In this document: one piece after another, positions 52,660 through 64,000 of the stretch
Numbering within the stretch: position 1 is the stretch's first letter
Layout: every line of letters starts with the position of its first letter
Source: Mytilus trossulus
Lineage: Eukaryota
Direction: 5' to 3'
DNA length: 64,000 bases
Assembly (NCBI RefSeq): GCF_036588685.1
Contig: NC_086376.1
Location: 15,996,001-16,060,000 of the forward strand
The notes under the pieces: model-generated
Database searches by the model: none
What the model was told of the DNA's origin: nothing
Seen by the model: only the letters and a program-made list of their open reading frames with translations
Translations under genes and position numbers: made by a program

Positions 52660-54799
52660 ATATTCTAGAACCTGGGTTTCTTGGTGCAGGATTGATACCT
52701 ACAATAGATCATCAAAAATTGTGTGACCGTTATTGAATAATTTGCCACAGCTGTAACTGAACATTCTATTACGAGTATGATATAAATATTGATAAAGTCC
52801 AGTTTGAGCATGGAACTAAATGAAACGGTTTTTAGTACAAATTATCTGATACGATTCTCAGTTTAAAAATAATAACTGTGACAATTTTACTATACTATAT
52901 GGGCATTTTTAATACGCTTTCGACTTATGGCTCAAATCCTTTTAAGACAATGACACTGACAGTATTGCTATCAGTAAGGACCCCCAATATAATATTATTA
53001 TTAAGAAAAATACATCTTGACGATGCTTTTACAGGGCAATATTTTCTATTTGCTGTATTGAAGACCTGTTGGTGACCTTCTGCTGTTGTTTTTTTTATTT
53101 GGTCGGGTTGTTGTCTCTTTGACACATTCCCCATTTCCATTCTCAATTTTATAACTAGATTGTTTCAGTAGATTTTGAAAGATATGCATGATGAGCATAT
53201 ATAGTTGTTCTAAATAGTGTTTTAATCGACGAATCTTCTACCGAAAATATCTTTCTTGGTTTCAATAGATTTAAAAGGACTCTAACTATGAGATGTATAC
53301 ACAATTTAGAATATGCTTTTTCAATCATTAATGAAAGTGAACAAGTGAAATATTAGTTCACTTTTATCCGCCTGTATGGTTCAAATTTGTCATAATAAGT
53401 TAAAAAATATTGGTATTAATTTAACCTCTTAGATAAAGATGGACGACGCATGAATTTTGCCTGTGTTGTAAGGAAAAGAATGTTAACATTGACAGTGAAA
53501 CAATGATAAATCACATGATTGACTGATCCGATCCTGTAAAAATCATTCTTATACAGATAAAAAGGATGATAAACATATATTTGTAACCTATAATACGAAA
53601 CTAAAGCACACACGAAGCGAACTACATCTTATCGAGCCCATGCACTGTAAATTATTTTTGTTACTACTTTTCATTATTTGGATAAATATTTTACATTGTT
53701 ATTAATCAAATATGAGCATAAGGGTCAAATCGGTGAACATTAATTTGACAACTAGTGCCCCATTTAAGAAAAAAATATATAAATGCGCTTATCACAAGAG
53801 AATAATTGATGAGAAAACATTGTATACGAAGTACTCAAAGACTATAATATTATAACATCATTGATAAAACATAAGTTTTCGTCATAACAATCATTTGAAA
53901 AACTCTTAATCAATATTTTTTATGTTTTTTTTCGTGGTATAATGTAAACCATATTCCTTCCTCTGGTTATTCATTCCTGGAACAAAACCTAATAATTGAT
54001 TTTCTGCTGCACTTGAATTGCAAAATGTCTGGACTAAGCGTCTTTTACTTCTTAAAAGTGCCGCCAATATAAAATACTTTACATACTTAGTTTCGTTATT
54101 GTATCTAGGAAATCTAATTACGTCATTATTTTGATATTTGTTACGTTATCTAAAAGATAATTATACAAGCAAAGACGCGCCAATCAACAATAAGGAAGTA
54201 GGTCTTATAAAATAAAATATGGTATTTAGAATTTTACACAAGTTGTAACGAGATGAACTGACACATCTATCTCGATAGCGTTCATTTTCATGAGAAATTT
54301 ATCTAGCATTCTTGTCTCTGTCTTTTCTTAATATACGTGATTAGAAAAACTTGAAACAACGAGTAAATGATTGAATTAACGTGTACTTTTAAAGCTTATT
54401 TTGCACAATTTACTTTTGACACACATTTTTTTTTCTAAAATTTAAATGCGGGCAATGACGATTGTTTTTTTTTTACACCTTTCATAGACGGAACTTTCAA
54501 AGATAAAATTCCATAATCGGCAACTAAAAACTATGAGACGAATATCAATTTAAAGTAAATTACAATTTTGCATTTTTATCAAGGAAAACCATGTTTCACA
54601 ATTTACTTTCGAAACACACATGTTTAAATGTTATTACCATTAAATTTGATTATATTCGTTTACATTTTTGTGTGGGATAAAATTGATGTTTTTTTTTTTG
54701 TTTTTTTTTTTAAAGTTTTACAAATATACTTATTTTGTCATTGGTATAACAAAATGTGAAACAATTCAAACGATAACTAAGTACGTCATTCACACTTAA

Positions 54800-56334
54800 C
54801 CCTTTAACGTTCCTATCGGTCAATCTGACCGATAAGCTAAATGTGTGGAGGAGTTGTTTGCATGAAGTTTGGTATCGTTGACAATTTTTGACGTACATAT
54901 GTGGTTGTGGGCTGAAATGAATGATCAGAATACCACCAACTTGATTTTTGCTGTCTGAAACCAACAAAATCCAATGCATTATGTCAATTTGCCATTTATT
55001 GACAAGAATATTTTTGAGGAAAACTGTTTTATTTTTTTTTAAATAGAATATTTTCACAAAATGTCACAAGACAAATTGTTGCTGGTTTTTTGTTTTAAAA
55101 TGACAATTTTGATAATTTACAAGAATAATATCAAAACTGTAAGTAAAACCCATACACATACAAAAAAAACTGATTCATAGAGTATCAACACTGAAACAAA
55201 ACTCAAATTACAAGGAATTTTCATGTCTTGTTTTGTCAGTTTTTATAGCAAAAGATATCAGAACATCTAAAATGTGTTAAAAATTGTTAGCCAAGTCGGA
55301 ATAGCAATAACAAATCTTTGTTTCTTTAGTGTCTGGTTATGAGGGTGTTGGATATCGTATTGCTAAGATATAGAAATAGTGACATATCGACAAAAAAACG
55401 AACATTTCTGAATAACTTTCTCACATATTTGCTTGAAAGAATAATAATTTTCAAAAACTAGCTTCTTAAAAAAAAAGAAATTGGATTATGTTCTCCCAAA
55501 ATTATTTTTTGGTCTTACAGAGAAAGGTGACTTATATGCTTAAATTTCATTTGTTTTCCAATGGTTTCTGTGGCTCAGTGGTAAGATGCACAGTCTGACA
55601 CCCGCATGATCGCGTGTTCAAATCTCACTGTCGGAGTGTGAAAAAATAAATTCCTATATCAAATGTAACTTAACTTAACTTCAATTTTAATTAAGACAAC
55701 TGAAATACATGATTACATCAAAAAGAGAAATTTACTCCCCTTCTTCTCCCCTCTCTCTGTTTTTGTCACATTATTAGCCTGGGCACTCAAAAATACCAGA
55801 TTTTCCATTCAATATTTTCTCAAAATTCTTTCCTAAAGGCTCATTCTGTTAGCAGTTATGAATAGTACATCTTTAACATAAACTTGGGCCATCTATTTGA
55901 CTTTGACAAAAATTCTGAAAAAATACACTATTTTTCGGTGTTTCAAGTATTGATATTTCTACCAATCAGACAGGTTTTGCATCTTTCTGTATAAATTTTT
56001 CACTGATAAAGTTTCCAAAAGTCTTCATGCATTAATTTAACACTAAAACTATGTTCTATTTTTGTCACTTAATGTCTGTACAACCGCTTTTCCGCTTGAA
56101 TTGTACATTTTTGTCACTTTAATTCAGCATGTCACGTGACTTTTGAGAGATATCACGTGACCAGCGTAAGAATTATTTCCCCTAAATCAAGTTTTCCTGA
56201 AACCTTTTGTCAATTATCTATCAGATGAGTCTAACTTGTTCTTTAGGTGAGCTTTTTATCGAAATGTGCAATTGATTGAAAACAGATATCCTTTATTCGG
56301 GTACAAAAGCTAAAAATCCTTGAACGTTAAAGGG
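54800..56334. mobile_element. piggyBac-type non-autonomous element (1535 bp)
   Basis: TTAA(54796-99)-CCCTTTAACGTTC ... GAACGTTAAAGGG-TTAA(56335-38): 13-bp perfect TIR and TTAA duplication. Empty site in the paralogous block at ~44355-44365. Confidence 0.9.
55565..55636 (+). pseudogene. tRNA-derived relic (A and B boxes) inside the piggyBac MITE
   Basis: TGGCTCAGTGGT A box and GTTCAAATC B box at tRNA spacing. Acceptor and T stems are mismatched, so it is not a functional tRNA. Confidence 0.55.
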
Positions 56335-56785
56335 TTAATGAGAAAAGACAAAATAATTTACATACGACAACCAATTCATTTGAAAGACAGACATGTTAAA
56401 TATATGATGGAGTAAAACGTTCAATTCCCTTCTTTGGTTAGAGAGATTAATTAGTACATCATTAAACAAACTGCAGATACCTGTGGAAAAGGACTTAAAT
56501 CGACAATCAGAACGTATGAACAAAAATAAAAAAAGTTACAAAAACAAAAACAAAACCAAGAAAGAGTACTTTTAACTTAACAGAATGAATATGAATTGTC
56601 TCAAATAAGCAGTGTTTAGATATAAGTAATGACACTACGTAGGTAAAAAACCAAATAACAATACATATTGAATTATTCTAAACCTTATTCACAGCAAAAT
56701 AATTATAATACCTTTACAGACTGTATGTACTCACAGATGTTCAAAGTTATTATTTGGTATTATATCTAGAAAAATGAAGGGTGGA

Positions 56786-56965
56786 AAAAAGTGAAATCAC
56801 AAAAATACTGAACTCTGATGAAAATTCAATAGGAAAGTCCATAATCACATGGCAAAATCAAATGACAAAACACTTAAAAAACGAAGGGACAACAACTGTC
56901 GTATTCCTGACTTGGTAAAAATGTAGAAAATGGTGAATTAAACCTGGTTTTATAGCGGCAAACTT
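56786..56965 (-). repeat. Solo 3'-end fragment of the Naiad family A pseudo-LTR
   Basis: Reverse complement of ...ggactttcc..ttttcctctgagttcagtatttttgtgattttactttt. Absent from the paralogous block near 44790. Confidence 0.8.
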
Positions 56966-57844
56966 CTACGACATTACAAATAATAAGATTTGAAAAGGAA
57001 AGATCTGTATTGGAGAAGACCCATGCGTCGTCGGTACATATTTTAGTTTTATCGTTTCTAATGAAAAATATTGGAAATAAAAAAACTGTCTGTCTAAAAG
57101 GTTATACAGTATGACCAATTACCAAGACAAATCATGGTTTGAAAGTACACCGTTTTATAATATACAAAAGGAAGATTATTTCTCGTAGCTTAAGAGAAAT
57201 GTAAATGTAACCAAACATGACTTGTTTACAATTATTGTCAAAAAATTGTCATCACATTTATTACTGTTCAAATAGTTCTTACAGTTTTTTTTTATTTGAA
57301 GAAGAATACATTAGTCACATTCCTGTATTAGAAGACGCATTATTCTAGATAGCAAATGGGAAGAATGAATAAAAGCAAGGAATCAGAACCGTCATACGTA
57401 TCATTTTAAAACATTAAGAGGTAAACACCTTAAATGGTCAGTGGGGTTGACGAATTAATTGCTCATGTGTTTGGAAAAAAGTAATTATGTTTCATTTATA
57501 TTAGTTAAACGTCGTTTTTTTTCATAATGAAAACCGGAATAATTCTTATATTTTTAAATATTTTCCATGATTTATATGAAAAATACAACACTTTGTCTTC
57601 ATGTTTTATTTGTTAAACCTTAATCATTACATTGACAGATGTGATATAAAAGAGTTTTATCATTCATCTTTACTAATTCTATCTAATAATTTATTACTTT
57701 AGTTGAATTTATTTTTTATTATTTGTATAAGAATAGTTTTCGTAAAAGTATTACATTACCCTTATTATTGTAATTAAGAATTTACTTAACCTAATTCAAA
57801 ATCGGTAAAATTTGGTTACAATGATCATTCAATGTATTACTTAT

Positions 57845-59000
57845 TGTACGGTGACCAGACCAAATATGTTTAAAATTTAATCGTCAAACATACTATATGG
57901 CTATATTATATACCATTGGATTCGAAACAAATAGTAATTTTGGAATATCGATGCCGTCAAAAAGAAATGTTTTAACAGTTTTGCATAATTTAAGGTCAAA
58001 GATCAACGTAATGTTGCTTTTTTTTCTTTCTGTGTTTTCAAAATTGAAAAAAAGTAAAATCACAAAAATACTGAACTCAGAGGAAAATCAATACGGAAAG
58101 TCCATAATCACATGGCAAAATCAAATAACAAAACGCATCAAAAACGAATAGACAAGAACTGTTATATTCCTGACTTGGTACAGGCATTTTCAAATGTAGA
58201 AAATGGTGGATTAAACCTGGTTCTATAGCGCTAACCCTCTCTCTTTAATAACAGTCTCATCAAATTCCGTTATATTTACATGATGCGTTAAATAAACAGT
58301 CACAATTAATATATTAAAAGATATAAGCAGCATTTTGTGCTTAATTTCAAATCAATTGACAATGAATTATCTCGAAAATGTAAAATAAGGAACTCATTAC
58401 TTAGTAATCGATTTATTCTGAAAATTGGTGTTTTCAAACACTTGTTCAGCTTCTATTATACAAGATCAATACACATTCCCTTAAAGTTACAGTAGTTACC
58501 TTGCTGGTGACATTCAACCTCAGCAATAAATGACAAATGTTGTTTTTAATCAAAGCCTTCTATCCCGAACGTTTATTTTGCAAAAGCTCATGCATGTTAC
58601 TCATTTCAACTAAAAAAACACTTATTACCTTGAAAAATCCAAGAAAACAGATTTCAACCAGGAGTATCTATTGATTCATCTGTCAAAGAATTTCTATATA
58701 ACTCTGACCCTTGACAGGAGCAAAGCTCTATACGTGTAAGGTTTTGTTATGAACAAACTCGTTTTACCCTTTTTTTTTCCCTTACATGAACACACAAAAT
58801 CCTGCGAGAATTCTACTGACATATGTCCTTCAAAATAAACGGGGTGTAATGAATTAATTCGCCCGTATTCTAATGGGGACGGAACAGGGCTTTTAGCAAT
58901 ATGTGATGCGGTCAAAATTGCCTCTTCACAGAGAGGTAACCTGACTAAACCTACATCTTCACTTGTAAAAAGCTTGACGCGCATTTTATTTAAATCATGA
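57845..59000 (-). mobile_element. Academ-like transposon 3' end, same family as 50700-52659, inverted
   Basis: 57850-58005 is the reverse complement of 52500-52655. ORF 58694-58984(-) RLPLCEEA...PSPLEYG...PVYF...CSCKGK resembles the C-terminal Cys-rich region of Academ proteins. Confidence 0.65.
58049..58305 (-). repeat. Solo 3'-end copy of the Naiad family A pseudo-LTR nested in the Academ relic
   Basis: Close reverse complement of 22535-22789. Confidence 0.88.
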
Positions 59001-60109
59001 TTTAAAGAGATTCTTCAGATCATACATCTTCGAAACTGAATTCTTGAACAAACAAGGGCTTCAAAAAAATAGTTTCATTCTAGTCATTACGAAAGACAAA
59101 CACATTAACACCATTTTGTAAATCGTATAATATAATAAAAGATGCGTTGAAGGAATCGATAATATTTTCTTACGCGTCATTTTATTATCGGATAGAAATC
59201 TTTACGCAAAGAACTATTATTCATTCAACATAAAATAGTCGTGATAAAAACGTTTTGAAAAGCCAGTTTTAAAATCTCCAGATGATTTAGAATTTTTAAG
59301 TTTTCCATTATTCACCCATTTTATAATTAAGTCAAAAATAATGCATATTTTTTATATTGAATTTTTTTTGACTTCTGATTTTCAAATGTTCTTTCAACGT
59401 CTTTTGATTTTTTATTGATGCTCGACACTCTGAATATAAAATATTTATCTTCACAAAATAAGAACGTCATTTTAATAAAAGTTCAATTCTCTAATCTTTA
59501 ACGGAGTCAATTTGCAAATTATATACATTAACTTGTCTTCTTAAATATTCGATAATTTGATTTAAAACTGCATGTTGATGGAAATGCACCAATAGAACAT
59601 AATAGAGATATTAAGAGAAGCTTATTTTATTCTTCAGTTTCAGTTTCATCTTTTTAATTGATGTTCTCTAAACACATTTCGTGAGTATGTTGAACCCCGT
59701 CAGACGTGACATATTAATATACGACAAATACAGTAAATATGAAAAGGGTATGTGGTATGACAATGTGAACACTTTTCACAAGACATTCAATAAAGTATTC
59801 TAATATTTCGGCTTACATCTAGGTATTAGCTATTGGGGATCGAATGAATATTTAAAATGCACGACATAAATTGGAAATTTCAGCTTTTAACTTATGAACT
59901 ATAAAATCTACTAGCATGCGTCAACATTCTATCAGAGCTTTTCAACTTTTCAAATCTATTTTCGTATTGCAACATTCCTGGTGCGCCTGTACTTAGTGTA
60001 TATTTCTCGGTTGGTACAATACTCTGGGTTCTTATCACGATTTCCAAAAAGCAAGATTGATTCTTAAAATAGAGTTACTTAACCAAGAGTTCCGTAGGAA
60101 AGGTTAAAA

Positions 60110-60345
60110 AAAAGAGGAACGAAAGATAACAAAGGTACAGTCAAACTCATAAATCGAAAATAAACTGACAACGCCATGGCTAAAAATGAAACGGACAAAC
60201 AGACAAACAACAGTACACATGACACAGCATAAAAACAAAGGAATAAACAACACGAACCCCACCAAAAACTAGGGGTGATATCAGGTGCTCCGGAAGGGTC
60301 AGAGCATTCCGTAAGGAACATATCCGATATCATTTGTGAAACGTT
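60110..60345 (-). mobile_element. PLE family B 3' UTR fragment with internal deletion
   Basis: Reverse complement of 13120-13150 joined to 13270-13460. Confidence 0.8.
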
Positions 60346-60958
60346 AAAGTTATCCCCCTTTATGTTTTATCGAGATCAGCAAGATGTTATTGCCCGTTTT
60401 TGAATATCTGTGCCACAGATGACACTGAAAATTGAATTACATTATAAATATTTATCAAGTCCAGTGTGAGCAAAGTACGGAATTGAAATGGTTTTTATAC
60501 AAATTATCTGATACGACTCACAGCATAATATAAGACAATAACTGTGACAATTTTATTAAACTATATGAGCATTCAAAATACACTTTCGACTAATGATTCA
60601 TATCCTTTAGAAAACAATCTGGTTTTACTATAATTAAGGACCCCCGGATTATTAAGAAATGTATCTTGATGATGCTTGTACATTGCGATATTTTCTATTT
60701 GCTTTACAGGACTAGATTGTTTTCAATTATTAACGAAATTGAAATATTAGTTCGCTTTTATCATCCAGCATGGTTCAATTTTGCCATAAAAAGTTTAGAA
60801 ACATTGATAATAAACTATTCACTTGCAAGTGAATAATCGATGATTAACATATATTTGTAACCTATAAAACGAAATTAAAACCGACTTAAAAGATTCCTAT
60901 TGCACGATCTCATTATCTCTATATATTTATCCATGTTTATACGTTTGATAACTATTAA

Positions 60959-63750
60959 TAGTGCGGTGACTGAAGGCAGATTTTTTAAAATTTAATCTCC
61001 CCACCGAACACACACCTATATAATATATCATTGGAAAGAGGAAATCCTGTACTATAATAATATGCCTGTCGTCAGGACTTGATATGGTCACATATTTTTC
61101 AAATTGAGGTCAAAGCTTTTATGTGAAAATCTGTGAAACTTTGACTTTCAATTTTGACATTTTTTTCTATTTCTAAACTCTACCTTAATACAAAAGATAC
61201 TGTTTTGGCTTTAGTAATGTTTGTTATTATACATTAATCTTAATCATTGAGTAAGACAATTGACTCTCCAAATGAGACCAAATGAGACATAAATTAACAA
61301 TTATAGGTCCCGTACAGGCTTCAACAATGACTTAAAGATATACTGCATAGTCTTCAATTCCCGAAATGAATAATGTTAAACAAACGAAAAATCTAACGGC
61401 CTGATTAATGTACAAAATAACTAAGAAAAAAACAAATATAGTATATAGAAACAAACGACAAACACTCCATTACCGTCTCGTGACTTGAAACAGACACATA
61501 CAAAATGTGGCGGGGTTTAACTTTTTTAAGGGCGCGCCTGCACTCTCCTAACCTGGGGGCTGGGACTGTGTGTACCAGTGCAAAAAGCTTTATACCAAAT
61601 CAACCGTTATCTCCATCATCTTCATTTTCACCAACTGTCCCAAAACATGCTTTGATATTTCTACACATTTCACTCATGGCCACAGGTCTGCACATGAAAG
61701 GTTCTGCTCAAAGCAAACACGTTATTTTGAGTTTTTCTTTACAAGTACAGACAAGGTATTGTAGGAAGTCCAAAGACATTTGTTCCTTAAAAAAATACCA
61801 GCTTCAAACCATCCCTATCAATTGATTAGAGATTTAACAGAGATATAAAAGGAGGTTTTGGAAGTTGCTGTGACATCCATATGCTTGTCTGCAAAGATGC
61901 TGGGGAAACATTATACGAGACGTACACACTATCTTGAATTCGCTCGATTTCATGGCTGGCAACACATTAGATAGCATAGCACTTAACTTAAAGAAGAAGC
62001 ATAAAATCCATTGGCATTCAAAGTTTAAACAAGGTGTTTTGAACCAAACTCATGGTACATTTGTGATGCCAATACTAAATGAAAAGGAGTAAAAAATAAA
62101 TGGCCACACAAACGATTGACTCAACAATTGATTAGCATTTACGCAATTTATCTGGTGCCATTTCCTGAGAATAGTCTTGGCTGTATGCAGTTTCATCGAG
62201 TAACCATAAAATGAATGGTTATAAATACGAAGGCATTGACTGAATATTGAAGAAGGAAGAGACAATTCATTCGAAGTTGGGTATTCTTCTGAAAAGTTTC
62301 AATGTCTTTTTTAAGTATACTTACAGCGGAATGAAATATCTGTCCGTTATTTGTATCTTTTACAGTTCACATTGAAATTTCGAGGTCAGTTTTCAATTGA
62401 CGAGCAGCTGATATGGCATCTCAAATAGTTATTTTGCTACTAAATATCATGTTATGTTTGCCTTGAACTTGTTGAAGTTGTTTAACAACTGAATTTCTAT
62501 AAAAATCAAATGATAAAATTGAGAAAGGAAATGGTGAATGTGTCAAAGCGACAACAACCCGACCAAAGTCCACTTTTTTTTTGTCTATCTGATGAGTTAA
62601 GCCTTTTCCAACTGATTTTTATAGTTCCTTCTTATGTTGTACTGTTATACCACTGTCCAAGGTTAGGGGAGGGTTGGGATCCCGCTAACATGTTTAACCA
62701 CGCTACATAAGTTATGTATGTGCCTGTCCCAAATCAGGAGCCTGTATTTCAGTAGTTGTCGTTTGTTTATGTGTTACATATTTGTTTTCGTTCATTTTTT
62801 TACATAAATAAGGCCGGTAGTTTTCTCATTTGAATTATTTTACATTGTCTTATCGGGGCCTTTTATAGCTGACTATATGCGATATGGGCTTTGCTCATTG
62901 TTGAAGGCCGTACGGTGACCTATAGTTGTAAATGTTTGTGTCATTTTGGTCTTTTGTGGATAGTTGTCTCATTGTCAATCATACCACATCTTCTTTTTTA
63001 CATAGAGCAGACAACTGCCGAAATGAGTTAAGACTACATTTTACAAGTAGAATATTTTTAAATTCGAATCAGCCGGAAGGAAAGATCTATATTTATCAAT
63101 TAACGGTGTCATGAGGAATTACCATTAAATTGTTGTCAATAGCCAAAATAAAATTATTAAAAGCAGTATCGTGATCTGAGATATCTGCCTCCACGTGTTT
63201 GGATTTTATTTTTTGTTCGTTTTTAGCAAAGAATGTGTAATGCAATCAAAATGACAGAGCGCTTGACGTTTAAAAGATGGACGGGAAACTATTTTAACTT
63301 TATCTGACAGGGATTAAACATTCTTACTATGCTCATCTGATTCAAACTTTTTGTATCTTTCTGAAATATTTTGTTGCAACAAAATACAAGCGCTACAGAT
63401 GAACGACTGAATTCTAGAACGCGTACAAATACCCGAAACTGACGTACACCAGTCCGATAATTGTTTATCGTCATTAAATATAAGAGATTAGCAGCTTCCT
63501 CGCTCTTGAAAGGGGGGAACCAATATGTTTACTTGTTTTACTTTTGTATCATGATTGAACGATGATAAACTGCCTGCACAGAGTTCTTCAAATTAGCAGC
63601 TATCGCATGGAATATCTTGATGTTCACCTCATCCAATCTTTTAGTCAATGCAGATACAAAAATCGACTTCCCTATACTGGTAAATTAACTTAAAATTTCA
63701 GTCGATTATTTTTAAGCACTGCCTAAAATATAACGACTTTTGTCTTTTCT
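60959..63750 (-). mobile_element. Third degenerate Academ-like element, interrupted by short repeats
   Basis: Terminus TAGTGCGGTGAC..., with a subterminal atatatcattgga and gaggtcaaag layout like 57845. Decayed minus-strand coding remnants such as FADKHMDVTATSKTSF near 61850-61900. The far boundary is uncertain. Confidence 0.45.
62572..63000 (+). repeat. Short interspersed repeat (related copies at ~1-165, 27230-27335, 41880-42120, 61250-61560) containing a twister-like core at 62660-62743
   Basis: Ends ...gaaggccgtacggtgacctatagttg...caatcataccacatcttcttttt, shared with the other copies in either orientation. Confidence 0.75.
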
Positions 63751-64000
63751 TTGGACTTAATGGAGCAAGTTTCAACGGACTTGATATATCACGGAATATT
63801 TACTGAAACTATCCGTTATTATTTTGATTTTACAATAATACTTTTCTAACAAAGTATATTTGATGTTTTATGTAAAAAAAAACATAGAATATAAACAAAT
63901 ACAAACAACGTATGTGGCATATATCAGTGACCTATTATGAAAATATGTGTATATAATAGCGAAAAAGGTAGTAATTTCATATATCAGTTGAGAGCAAATT

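Noticed and set aside
55565-55636. Functional tRNA-Val(GAC)
   Set aside because: Acceptor, anticodon and T stems are mismatched, and it lies inside a transposon.

Overview
AT-rich eukaryotic (animal) genomic DNA. The repeat content suggests a bivalve mollusc, probably a Mytilus-like mussel; this is an inference, not a database result. The only clear host gene is the last two coding exons of an SLC22/MFS organic-ion transporter (345-1190). The rest is tandemly duplicated non-coding blocks carrying many mobile elements. These include a near-intact Penelope-like retroelement of the Naiad type (N-terminal GIY-YIG, then RT, one TAA stop, flanked by pseudo-LTRs; ~21.3-27.1 kb), 5'-truncated copies of a second Naiad-like family, and two families of ~350-nt hammerhead-ribozyme tandem repeats (retrozymes). 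There are also LINE relics, Academ-like DNA transposon relics, a piggyBac-type MITE and Helentron-like (HINE) repeats. Two observations stand out. (1) A covarying RNA stem-loop forms the whole 5' leader of the Naiad ORF and also occurs in both retrozyme families. In each case it lies immediately past the point where genomic insertions end, suggesting a shared cis signal linking the autonomous Naiad to ribozyme-bearing non-autonomous RNAs. (2) A circularly permuted twister-ribozyme-like fold occurs in the Naiad pseudo-LTR and in related short repeats. All structures were folded by eye and need computational and biochemical confirmation.
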